DNA of 64,000 nt, from contig NC_057728.1 of NCBI RefSeq assembly GCF_004010195.1, positions 53,662,990 through 53,726,989 on the forward strand, in the 5' to 3' direction. The DNA is from Chiloscyllium plagiosum. Taxonomy: Eukaryota. Position numbers and translations under genes: made by a program. Positions within the stretch are counted from its first letter, which is position 1. Every line of letters begins with the position of its first letter. The notes beneath the pieces are model-generated. The model was given only the letters and a program-made list of their open reading frames with translations. It searched no databases and was not told the origin of the DNA. This document shows positions 52,960-64,000 of the stretch, in pieces.

Positions 52960-53655
52960 TAACGAGTTTTGAGAAGATCTTTTGCTCAGGTTGAGGTTCT
53001 GGATGTAGGTTTGCTCACTGAGCTGGAAGATTCATTTTCAGATGTTTTGTCACCATAATAGATAACATCATTAGTGAGTTTCCGGATGAAGCACTTGTGG
53101 TATGGGCCACTTCCTATTTATGTGTTTAGGTTTCCTTGGATTGGTAATGTCAATTCCTGTGGTGACATCATTTCATATGTTGATGTAATTTCCTGTTCTT
53201 TTTCTCAGGGGGTGGTAAATGGGATCCAAGTCAATGAGTTTGTTGTTGGAGTTCCGGTTGGAATTCCATGCTTCTAGGAATTTGTGTGCAAGTCTCTGTT
53301 TGGCTTATCCTATGATGGATGTGTTGTCCCTGTCGAAGTGGTGTCCTCCTCATCTGTATGTAAGGAAAGTAGTGAGAGTGGGTCGTGTCTTTTTGTGCCT
53401 AGTTGATTTTCATGTATCCTAGTGGCTAGTTTTCTGCCTGTTTGTCCAATGTAGTGTTTGTTACAGTTTTTGAAAGGTGTTTTGTGAATGATATTAGTTT
53501 TGCTTATTGTCTGTATAGGGTCTTTCAAGTTCATTAGCTGCTGTTTTAGTGTGTTGGTGGGTTTGTGGGCTACCATTATGCCAAGAGATCTGAGTATTCT
53601 GGCAGTCATTTCCGAGATGTTCCAACACACTAAAACAGCAGCTAATGAACTAGAG
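52960..53655 (-). mobile_element. Penelope-like (Poseidon-type) GIY-YIG 3' fragment with a short 5' inversion
   Basis: KPTNTLKQQLMNLKDPI...NII...CNKHYIGQTGRKLATRIHE; acactaaaacagcagctaatgaact (about 53627-53651) is the inverse of about 53528-53552. Confidence 0.8.
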
Positions 53656-53679
53656 TAACAAAATACCTTGCAATAACTG

Positions 53680-54825
53680 TAACATAGAACATAGAACAAT
53701 ACAAACCAGAACAGGCTCTTGCGCCAACCTGTGAACCAATCTAAGCCCACCCCCCTACATTATCCCATCATTATCCATGTGCTTATCCAAGGATTGTTTA
53801 AATGTTCCTAATGTGGCTGAGTTAACTGCATTGGCAGGCCGGGCATTCCACACACCTATCACTCTCTGAGTAAAGAACCTTCCTCTGACATCTATCTTAA
53901 ATCTATCACCTCTCAATTTGTAGCCATGCCTCCTCGTCCAAGCTGACATCATCATCCTAGGAAAAAGACTTTAACTGTCCACCCTATCTAATACTCTGAT
54001 CATCTTGTATGTCTCTATTAAATCCTGTCTTAGCCTTCTTCTCTCCAATGAGAATAGTCCCAAGTCTCTCAGACTTTCCTCATAAGACCTTCCCTCCAGA
54101 CCAGGCAACATCCTGGTAAATCTCCTCTGCACCTTTTCCAATGCTTCCACATCCTTCTTGTAATGGAGCGACCAGAACTGTACGCAGTATTCCAAGTGAG
54201 GCCGCACTAGTGTTTTGTTTAGTTGCAGCATGACATTACAGCTCTGGATCTCAATCCCTCTACCAATAAAACCTAACACACCATATGCCTTCTGAACACA
54301 ACTATCAGCTTGGGTGGCAACTTTCATGGATCTATATACATGGACACCAAGATCCCTCTGCACATCCACACTACCAAGAATCTTTCAATTGACCAGTATC
54401 ATGCCTTCCTGTTATTGTTCCCAAAGTGAATCACCTCACATTTATCTGCATTGAACTCCATTGCCACCTCTCACTCCAATTCTGCAGTTTCTCCAAGTCC
54501 CCCTGCAACCTGCAACATTCTTCCACACTGTCCATTAGTCCACCGACTTTAGTGTCATCTGTAAATTTATTAACCCATCCACCTATGCCTGCGTCCAAGT
54601 CATTTATAAAAATGACAAACAGCAGTGGTCCCAAAAAAGATTCTTGTGACACACCACTAGTAATCGGACTCCAGGCAAAATATTTTCCATCAATGACCAC
54701 TCGCTGCCTTCTTTCAGAAAGCCAATTTTTAATCCAAACTGTCAAATCACCCTCAATCCCATGCCTCTGCATTTTGTTCAACAGCCTACCATGTGGGACC
54801 TTATCAAAGGCTTACTGAAGTACAT
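53680..54825 (-). mobile_element. CR1 LINE 3' portion
   Basis: SGVSQESFLGPLLFVIFINDLD...[20 protein letters not shown]; (atagaac)n tail at 53680. Confidence 0.92.
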
Positions 54826-54927
54826 GTGAAATGACAATGTAGTGGTGATACCCACCTGTTTAAGAATATGGCTTGGTCCTGTTATTGTGTGCAGGTAATG
54901 TTGCCATAGTCTTCCTATACCACAAGG

Positions 54928-55057
54928 TAAAAACAATGACTGCAGATGCTGGAAACCAGATTCTGGATCAGTGGTGCTGGAAGAGCACAGCAATTTAGGC
55001 AGCATCCGAGGACAGGCAAAATCGACGTTTCGGGCAAAAGCCCTTCATCAGGAAGGG
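54928..55057 (-). mobile_element. Solo pLTR with an intact hammerhead core and a 17-bp flanking direct repeat
   Basis: Reverse complement of CCTGATGAAGGGCTTTTGCCCGAAACGTCGAT at 55021-55052; flanks cttcctataccacaagg at 54911-54927 and 55058-55074. Confidence 0.82.
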
Positions 55058-56019
55058 CTTCCTATACCACAAGGCTGCTCTCTCCTTTCAGAGAGACTGG
55101 TAGTGGCTTGACCAGGCAGTCACCCCACCTTAAGCAAGGAGAGAGATTGAGAAAGAGAGTCCTTCATGGTAACCTCGGCCAGTGTAGAAATTGAACCCAC
55201 AGTGTTGGTATTACTGTATTGTGAAACAGTAACTTATTGTGTGAATGATGCCATCATAAACACATTACATAAATATTGGAGCAAAGCTTCATTTGTTCAT
55301 TCTGGTAACTAATGCTATCATAATTGGCATACTTATAGGAAGATAAGTTAGGTATATTAAGCACCATTCCTCTTAATTTCCGAGCACGTACAACCTCCGG
55401 TGGTGTTCTTGAGTTGAATAGATCCACTGTTACACCACTTCAAAACCACTTCATTAGCTGTAAAGCACTTTGGGAATCATATTGTCATGAAAAGTGTTAT
55501 ACAAATACAGTACTCTTTTCTTTAAAATTAGGTGTTACAAACCTTCAATTTTAGCACACCGATATGTTTGGGGACTTTTAGCAATCAATTTCCTATCCAC
55601 CCCCTACCACAAAATCACACCCAGTTAATTTTTGTTGGAGTGGCAGGAGGCTTTTTCTCCCGATGTAGTATGTGTGTCCCAACAGCTATGTGATGTGTCT
55701 AGTGTGTGGGTGAAGAGAGTTAACCTAGTTCCTGCTCTCGTGTGCTAGTTTACTTCTCGCCTTCAGCCCACACCACCAGCTAGTAGCAAAAAGAGAGCCA
55801 GGTGTGCAAGTATCCATTGAGAAATCCTTATTATAGATTCCTTGTGGCAAACACGGGAACCACATGGCACCAGGCTAAGAGAAATTGTGAGGGGGTTTGA
55901 TTCCTAGACATGTAATGTGCAAACCCATTGACATATGCACATGCCTCAGCAGTCATGAACCAAGCTCCCAATTATGGAAGAATAGCGCCACCGCACTGTT
56001 GATACCTGAGAGGTAGAGT

Positions 56020-59000
56020 TCCATACTAGCATTCTGCAGTTAAACCAGGGTAATTACATTGGCATGAAGGTAGATTTAAAAGGTTAACTGATAAGCAGTG
56101 GAAAATGTTTAAGGAGATAATCAAATGCTCACAATTAAAATATGTTCCAGAGAGCATGAAAGATGGTAAAAGTGGGGAAAAAGGAATCATCCATGGCTAA
56201 GCAAGGAAGTTAAAGATAACATAAAGTAGTAAGCTGGAAGTTTGAGAAACTTTCAGAGATCAACAAAGTGTTACTGAAAATTAATAAAAGAACAAAGATA
56301 AATTTATGAAAGAAAGCATGCAACAAACTAAAAATGGATAGCAAAAGCTTCTACAAGTATATGAAAGTGAAGGGAGTAATTAAAGTAAATGTTTGCCATT
56401 TGGAGGATGAGTCTGGCAAGTTAATAGTTGGGAACACAAATGGCAGAGACAGTGAATCGATATTTTGCCTCAGTTTTCATACTGGAGGACACTAATACCA
56501 TCCCAATCATAATAGGTAATGCAGCGTTTTCAGAAAAGGAGGAAGTTAAATTAACCATGATCACGAGGGAAAAATTACAAGGCAAGCTGTCAGGATTGAA
56601 GGCAGGCAAATCCCCAAGGTCTGATGACCTACATCCTAGATCATAAAGGAAATGAAAGCAGCGATAGTGGATCCATTGTTCTAAATATTTCAAAATTCCC
56701 ATGATGTGCAAAAGACACAGTAGATTGGAAAAATCCTAATATAGCACCCCTATTCAAAAAGGGAGAAAGTAGGAGACTTTATACTAGTTCATCTGCCATC
56801 TGTTGTTGAGAAGTTGTTAGAATCTAGTATTAAGGAAGTAATAAGACAATTGGAAAGTAAAAATGCAATCCATCAGAGTCAACGTGGTTTTGTAAATCAT
56901 GTTTGATTTATTTGTTAGAGTTCTTCAAAGATGTAACAAGCAAAGCGGATAATGGAGATCCTAGGTAAAAACAATGACTGCAGATGCTGGACACCAGATT
57001 CTGGATTAGTGGTGCTGGAAGAGCACAGCAGGTCAGGCAGCATCTGAGGAGCAGGAAAATCGACGTTTCGGGCAAAAGCCCTTCATCAGGAATACAGGCA
57101 GAGTGCCTGAAGGGTGGAGANNNNNNNNNNNNNNNNNNNNNNNNNNNNNNNNNNNNNNNNNNNNNNNNNNNNNNNNNNNNNNNNNNNNNNNNNNNNNNNN
57201 NNNNNNNNNNNNNNNNNNNNNNNNNNNNNNNNNNNNNNNNNNNNNNNNNNNNNNNNNNNNNNNNNNNNNNNNNNNNNNNNNNNNNNNNNNNNNNNNNNNN
57301 NNNNNNNNNNNNNNNNNNNNNNNNNNNNNNNNNNNNNNNNNNNNNNNNNNNNNNNNNNNNNNNNNNNNNNNNNNNNNNNNNNNNNNNNNNNNNNNNNNNN
57401 NNNNNNNNNNNNNNNNNNNNNNNNNNNNNNNNNNNNNNNNNNNNNNNNNNNNNNNNNNNNNNNNNNNNNNNNNNNNNNNNNNNNNNNNNNNNNNNNNNNN
57501 NNNNNNNNNNNNNNNNNNNNNNNNNNNNNNNNNNNNNNNNNNNNNNNNNNNNNNNNNNNNNNNNNNNNNNNNNNNNNNNNNNNNNNNNNNNNNNNNNNNN
57601 NNNNNNNNNNNNNNNNNNNNNNNNNNNNNNNNNNNNNNNNNNNNNNNNNNNNNNNNNNNNNNNNNNNNNNNNNNNNNNNNNNNNNNNNNNNNNNNNNNNN
57701 NNNNNNNNNNNNNNNNNNNNNNNNNNNNNNNNNNNNNNNNNNNNNNNNNNNNNNNNNNNNNNNNNNNNNNNNNNNNNNNNNNNNNNNNNNNNNNNNNNNN
57801 NNNNNNNNNNNNNNNNNNNNNNNNNNNNNNNNNNNNNNNNNNNNNNNNNNNNNNNNNNNNNNNNNNNNNNNNNNNNNNNNNNNNNNNNNNNNNNNNNNNN
57901 NNNNNNNNNNNNNNNNNNNNNNNNNNNNNNNNNNNNNNNNNNNNNNNNNNNNNNNNNNNCCCTCTCCCACTGCAACTCTCAGGTCATTTCCTCTGCCCTG
58001 CAGCTCTTCAACCATGTCCTGAAACAGACTCGCTACTACAGCCACATTTGCTTCCTCAGTGCCTGCCTTCGTAACCAACTCATCCCGCATGGACTCCGGA
58101 CCACCTTTAAACCAGCAGAGTTCGTACCCGAACAGGACAAACAGTACAGATTACAGATTCAAAAACACCAGCAACGGTTCTCCATCAAGATCCTCCGCTC
58201 CACGCTTGCAGCAATGCGCCGGTACCTAACCTCTCTACAGTCTGCCCTGCCTCAGCTGAGGGCCACACTCTCTCAGAATTGCAAAGGACCCCTTCTCTAC
58301 TACATCCTCAGGAGAATTCATACTCTCAACAAACAGTATTTCAACTCCATCTCAAACATCAAAAACTGTAAGTACAACAAACTTTTATCTATCCACCTCC
58401 ATAACCAGCGATCCTCAAACATTCCAGAAGATTCCCCCGGCCTCTGGAACTGCTCGGACGCCATTAGCCATTTGGCTGGTGCTGCCACCTTCCCCACGCT
58501 AATTGATGATGTCACTTCCGCCCCCATCATGGCCCCTTCCACAGCCACTTCCGCCCCTCACAATTCCGCATGCACCACACATGACATCACTTCCACCCCT
58601 CACATCATCGCTGATGTAACACGNNNNNNNNNNNNNNNNNNNNNNNNNNNNNNNNNNNNNNNNNNNNNNNNNNNNNNNNNNNNNNNNNNNNNNNNNNNNN
58701 NNNNNNNNNNNNNNNNNNNNNNNNNNNNNNNNNNNNNNACCATCCCCGCCCCCCAGAACCCTGAGGGGAACACCACTCCTTCTCTTGACTCTATCACCAT
58801 TCCCCCACCACCACACGCACTCCAGTTACAGGCTCTGCCCCTACTCCTGGCTCCACACATACACCGGGTCCCAGCTCCCAGCCCTGCCCAGTTTTCACCA
58901 TCCCTCCAGATCTCACCCTCACTGAGGATGAACGATCAGTCCTCAGCAAAGGACTCACCTTCATCCCCCTCCGCCCACGCATCAATGAATTTAATACACG

Positions 59001-61680
59001 CCGTGACGTCGAGCGCTTCTTCCGCCGCCTCCGAGCTTACTTTCACAATCAGGACTCCCGCCCACCTTCCAAGGACCCCTTCGCCCGCCTCCAACACACT
59101 CCATCCACCTGGAAACCCCATGCTGGCTTATTACCTGCCCTCCACCTCTTCATTTCCAACTGCAGCTGGGACATTAACCTGTCTACCCCCCTCCACACTC
59201 CAACCTGTCACCCTCACAACACGCTGCCCTCCACTCCCTCTGCTCCAATCCCAACCTCACCATCAAGCTAGCAGATAAAGGGGGCGCAGTGGTAGTCTGG
59301 TGCATTGACCTCTACACCACTAAAGCCAGATGCCAACTCGAGGACACCTCTTCCTACCACCCCCTCGACCATGACCACACCCTCCATCACCAAACCACCA
59401 TCTCCCAGACCATACAGAACCTCATCACCTCAGGTGATCTCCCACCCACAGCTTCTAACCTCATAGTCCGGGAACCCCGCACTGCCCCGGTTCTACGTCC
59501 TTCCCAAGATCCACAAGCCTGACCACCCTGGCCGACCCATTGTCTCAGACTGCTCCTGCCCCACTGAACTCATTTCTACCTCCTCGACACTGCCCTATCC
59601 CCCCTAGCCCAGGAACTCCCCACATACATTCGAAACACCACCCATGCCCTACACCTCCTCCAACACTTCCGTTTCCCTGGCCCCCAACGCCTCATCTTCA
59701 CCATGGATATCCAGTCCCTCCACACCTCCATCCACCATGACCAGGGCCTCCAAGCCCTCCGTTTCTTCTTCTCCCAACGTCCCCAACAGTACCCTTCCAC
59801 CGACACTCTCATTCAATTGGCCGAACTGGTCCTCACCCTGAACAATTTCTCCTTCGAATCCTTCCACTTCCTCCAGACCAAAGGGGTAGCCATGGGCACA
59901 TGTATGGGCCCCAGCTATGCCTGTCTCTTTGTTGGCTACATAGAACAGTCCATCTTCCGTAATTACACTGGCACCACTCCCCACCTCTTCCTCTGCTACA
60001 TTGATGACTGCATTGGGTTGGAGAGTAGGATCTGGGATGAGGTGGGGATGGGGAGATGAGCAAACTGGTGAAATCGACACTATCCCTTACTCCCAATTCC
60101 TCCGTCTCTGCCGTATCTGCTCCCAAAAGGAGCAATTCCACTCCAGGACATCCCAGTTGGCCTCCTATTTCAAGGACCATAATTTTCCCTTCCACGTGGT
60201 CAACACTGTCCTCCAGCGCATCTCCTCCACTTCCCACACCTCAGCCCTTGAACTCCACCCCTCCAACTGCAGCAAGGTAGAACCGTCCCTGGTCCTCACC
60301 TTTCACCCCACCAGTCTTTGGATACAGCGCATTATCCGCCACCACTTCTGCCACCTACAGTCAGACCCCACCACCAGGGATATATTTCCCTCCCCACCCC
60401 TATCCACGTTCCACAGAGACCGTTTCCTATGCACTCCCTCGTTAGGTCCACGCCCCCCCCACCAATCCACCCTCCACTCCCGGCACCTTCCCTTACCATC
60501 ACAAGAGGTGTAAAATCTACACCCACACCTCCCTCCTCACCTCCGTCCAAGGCCCCAAAGGATCCTTCCACATCCAGCAGAGATTTTCCTGCACATCCAA
60601 ACACCTCATCTACTGTGTCCATTGCTCTCGATGTGGTCTCCTCTACATTGGGGAGACATATTGCCAATTCGCGGAATATTTCAGAGCATATCTCTGGGAC
60701 ACATGCACCAAACAACCCCACCGCCCCGTGGCCCATCGTTTCAACTCCCCTTCCCACTCTGCTGAGGACATGCAGGTCCTGGGCCTCCTCCACCGCCGCT
60801 CCCTCACCACTCGACACTTGGAGGAAGAACGCCTCATCTTCTGCCTCAGAACACTTCAACTCCAGGGCATCAATGTGGGCTTCACCAGTTTCCTCATTCC
60901 CCTCCCCCCAAGTTCCAACCTTGCAGCTCAGCACTGTCCTCATGACCTGTCCTACCTGAATATTCCTTCCCACCTATCCGCTCCACCTTCCCCTCCGACC
61001 TATCACCTCCACCCCCCCCCCCACCCACCTCTTGTACTCTATGCTACTTTCTCCCCAACCCCACCCTCCTCTCATTTATCTCTCCACCCTTCAAGCACTC
61101 TGCCTGTATTCCTAATGAAGGGCTTTTTCCCGAAACGTCGATTTTCCTGCTCCTCAGATGCTGCCTGACCTGCTGTGCTTTTCCAGCACCACTAATCCAG
61201 AATAATGGAGATCCTGTAGATGTAGTGTATCTGGATTTCAAGAAGACATTTAACAAGATACTGCACAAAAAGTTAGTACACAAAGCAAGATAACATGGGG
61301 TTAGGGATAACCTATTAGCTTGGATAGAGGATTTACTTACTAACAGAAAGCAGAGTTCTGTGATGAATGGGTCTTTTCCTGTTTGCAAGATGTAATTAGT
61401 GGGTGCCACAAGGTTTGGTCCTCATGCCCCAACTATTTACAATGTATGTTAATGACTTGATTGCAGGGATAGAAAGTATGGTAGCCAAATTTGTAAAGGA
61501 CACTAAAATAGGTGAAAACGTAAGTCAGAATAAAGAAATAAGAAATGTACAAAGGGAAATGGATAGGTAGGTGAACATGCCAAAGTTTGGCAGATGGGGT
61601 TGAATGTAATTAAGTGTGAGGTTATCCATTTTGGTCAGAAGAATGGAAAGGCAACTTATGTAAATACAGAGGGCTCAGAG
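56020..61680 (+). mobile_element. Old CR1 ORF2 remnant, interrupted by the Penelope-like element
   Basis: MAETVNRYFASVF...KSPRSDDLHPR before the insertion; DVVYLDFKK.F.K continues after 61215. Confidence 0.8.
56963..61201 (+). mobile_element. Near full-length Penelope-like (Neptune-type) retroelement with an inverted 5' pLTR, a 3' pLTR and a 14-bp target duplication
   Basis: N-terminal HICFLSACLRNQLIPHGL; LSKGLTF.P, ADKGGAVVV, MDIQSLHTSI, QTKGVAMGTCMGPSYACLF, YIDD; CGLLYIGET; TSD ataatggagatcct at 56949-56962 and 61202-61215. Frameshifted. Confidence 0.92.
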
Positions 61681-62619
61681 TGCTAAATTATACAAACGGT
61701 AGTGCTTTACTTCCTTTGGACTCATGCAGGGAAGTTGAGAGTGGGACAGTTTTTTTGGGTAGTCCAGGATCTCTATTAAATCGTGCCTCGGCTTGAACCC
61801 TGGAGAAGCCAGTCAGGTTTCCCTGAAGAATGTTAACACAACATAGGAGGCATCAGGTATAAGAAATTAGCCATATTCTGTTGACAACAGGTGATACTGG
61901 TTCATTCTGTTGATGGGACAAATTGTCATGTCCCACTGCACAACCTGCCCCACTTCAAATTGTGCAATTCCTGACTACTAAGGTGCTAACCACCACCATA
62001 CATCTTCAGTGAGTCCTTGGAGCTGAGTATCTGCTTAATCAGTACTTAAAATCCATTAACCAGACAAGCAAATTAATAAAAATAAAGACAGATGTCAAAT
62101 GTTTAGCTATCTAAAAGGTCCGGGCCATGTGCATGGGACTGACAGAAAAATTACACTTGCAGGGCATCTTTGATCAGCGTTCAGCCTTAGTTTTTCTACA
62201 AGTGACAGGGCTCACTGAGTGGCTGACTGAACGAAAAACATTGCACATTCATCAGTTAAGGGAACAGATCAGAGGAAATGTGTGAACAAGGTATAGGCTC
62301 CACTGTCAGGAACTCACTACTCTTTATGATAAAGCCTCCAGACAAATGCTTCAGAGCAAAATCTCTTCATCTGTGTCTCAAAGCAAATAGACTCCGTTAA
62401 CCTCAAATATTTACACAGCAGCATGACACAAGTGAAAGACCTGTTTTATGAAGAGGATGACATGATATCAGTAGAACCCCCAAGCCAGAGAATATTTTAC
62501 AAATATGGAGTTTTGATATGAGGAGACATGGATCACAAAGATGGTCTTTCTACTTGAGACATCATAGCCTGAGAAAACTGAAAATGGACAAAGACTGCCT
62601 TAGCTCTGTTTTAATTTTT

Positions 62620-63360
62620 CATTCACAGTTTTGGGCATTGGTAACTAGGCCAGCATTTATTGACATGATGAATTGCTAGAGAAATTGCCTTCTTAAATTG
62701 CAGCAGTCCATGTGGTGTAAGTACACCCATAGTGCTGCTGACAAGGAAGGTCCAGATTTTGACCCAGCAAGAGCAAAAGAACAGTGATACAGTTCCAAAC
62801 CGGGATCGTACGGGCCTTGAAGGGGAACTATCAGGTGGCAATGTCCCATTTATCTATCCCTGTGGGTGGTAGAGTCTGTAAAATTTGGAATATTCCAAGT
62901 AAACAGCCTTGTTGAGTTGCTGCAGTGCATCTGGTAGATGGTGCGTACTGCTGTCAGCCGCTACTGTCAGTGGTGGATTTGAGTGAATGTTGAAGATAGT
63001 GAATGTGGTGTTAATCATGTTGGTTGATTTTCCGAATGATGGTGTCAAGCTTCTTGGGTTTTGTTAGAGCTGCAGTCATCCAGGCAAATATTCCAAGACA
63101 CTCCTGACTGGTGGTCAGGCCGTGAGAATAAGAAATGAGATTGTGAAGAATTCCTTGCATGCTGTTATAGTTGCTGTATTTATATGGTTGGTCCAGTCCA
63201 GTTGCTGGTAAGTGGTAACCCTCAGGATGTTGATAATGACAATTCAACAATGATAGTACCTTTGAACGTCTTCTTGGAGATTTATGACGAATATTATTTG
63301 CCATTTATCAGCCCAAGCTTGAATATTGTCCTGGACATGGACTTATCATGAATTGACATG
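62620..63360 (-). mobile_element. Old LINE 3' remnant
   Basis: ggccagcatttattg, ccagattttgacccagcaa and ctgcagtgcatct blocks shared with 38750-39170 and 17850-18050. Confidence 0.55.
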
Positions 63361-64000
63361 ATTCTCTGAACTGTGTTCTTAACACATGCAGTTACCACAG
63401 TGTTAACTGTGATAAAGATCACATTTTTTGCACATTCAAGTGTGAATGCAGTCCTATAAGCTGCTTCATTCCAATCACTATCATTGCCAGATGCCATTAA
63501 TGCCAGCTGTATTGCCTACCCAGATAAAAACTAATAGATCCACAACTCCATTGAAACGGCATGCTCCAGAATTCTCAGTGCATGAGCAAAATTGATAATA
63601 TTCGAGATACCATCGACAATACCACATTCTCAACTTCTGGGAAGTCAGAGTGGAAAATGCTGAGTACTTTAAAACTAATATTGTAGTAATGTTAGCTCTC
63701 ATTAAACCCAGCATCCTGCTACCCTTTAATTGCAAGAAATCTGAGCGAGCAAACTTAATTCTCTTGAAGAAGAGTCAAACAAACCACAAGACGGTGTGCC
63801 AGTGGCTACTGCAGATCTTCCCAAACTGTGGGTCTTAATCATAAAATAACACTCTGGGTCTTAATCATAAAATAAGATTCTGGGAGTTAGGAGCTCTGAG
63901 GCATCCATGATTGTAGTAGAGCTCCAATCAATTTTTGAAATCTTCACTGTCTCTTTAATTCCTTGTGTTTTATTTTGATGGGTGTGACCTGATGGACTGC

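Noticed and set aside
56908..59278. 764-aa and other long ORFs
   Set aside because: Mostly N gaps; the real portion is the frameshifted Penelope-like ORF, not a host gene.
4482..61215. Recurring short repeats as a CRISPR-like array
   Set aside because: The copies are dispersed, in both orientations, and belong to retroelement termini in a vertebrate genome; there is no regular repeat-spacer period.

Overview
Eukaryotic, AT-rich, repeat-dominated vertebrate DNA. The repeat content (HE1-like V-SINEs, Deu-type SINE relics, CR1 and Rex1/Babar LINEs, many Penelope-like elements) points to a cartilaginous fish such as a shark; this is an inference. There are four assembly gaps (34850-35563, 50502-50607, 57121-57959, 58624-58738). 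Only one credible host gene is visible: an uninterrupted 180-aa ORF at 10080-10622 (+) with a perfect Kozak context, a CpG-rich promoter (CRE, GC boxes, E-box, TATA-like) and poly(A) signals. It carries the CCER1 signature (PVNVxGxRAPGMRAPRNTTQF) and also appears to keep all three functional HEXIM modules: a basic ARM-like region, a PYNT-equivalent 'PRNTTQFLM' and a cyclin-T-binding-like 'FLKRDFEAMY'. It lacks the HEXIM coiled coil, making it the most interesting item. The rest is nested transposon debris. At least three Penelope terminal-repeat families carry minimal hammerhead-ribozyme cores, often as short hairpin or solo insertions with 11-18 bp target duplications. Repeat boundaries are approximate and family assignments come from motif recognition, not database searches.
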